Positions 63,957-64,000 of a stretch of DNA of 64,000 nucleotides are shown in pieces (positions within the stretch are counted from its first letter, which is position 1; each line of letters opens with the position of its first letter). This DNA comes from an uncultured Gammaproteobacteria bacterium (lineage in GTDB: Bacteria; Pseudomonadota; Gammaproteobacteria; CAWCPV01), in assembly GCA_963797555.1 (NCBI GenBank), contig CAWCPV010000007.1, forward strand, positions 224,001 through 288,000, read 5' to 3'. Made by a program: the position numbers and the translations under genes. The notes beneath the pieces are model-generated. The model did not search any database. It was not told the origin of the DNA and saw only the letters and a list, made by a program, of their open reading frames with translations.

Positions 63957-64000
63957 TTGACGCGCGGACAGGCTGTCATGGAGTCGTGCGAGGCGCTTGG

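Overview
GC-rich gammaproteobacterial chromosome segment (inferred from the mlaFEDCB-bolA-murA-hisD-hisC and rpsF-priB-rpsR gene orders), with a decaying accessory region over about 2.3-26 kb and mostly housekeeping genes to the right. The accessory part holds (i) a run of short minus-strand genes separated by degenerate integron attC-like sites, with no integrase in the window (NTF2-like, DUF4062-fusion, cupin, a disrupted DUF4160/DUF2442 toxin-antitoxin pair); (ii) a pile-up of IS200, IS630, IS5/IS903, ISAzo13, IS3 and ISL3 elements; and (iii) a ~1155-aa NLR-like SIR2-NACHT-HEAT gene whose sensor is ten near-identical 96-bp (32-aa) tandem repeats varying at a few fixed positions. This NLR-like gene is the best candidate for a novel system (a diversifiable innate-immune receptor). 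Further right are a Gld-like ABC system, an FNR/DNR-boxed norCB nitric oxide reductase cluster lacking norQD, bioB, degQ, a GNAT-peptidase C39/RimK-like pair, FecR x2 with a CHASE2 adenylate cyclase, lon/hsp20, his/mur/mla genes (hisG absent) and the S6 operon. A modular MITE-like repeat family occurs at about 7 sites. Many single-base frameshifts lie in homopolymers and may be long-read sequencing errors. All family assignments come from motif recognition by eye; no searches were run.
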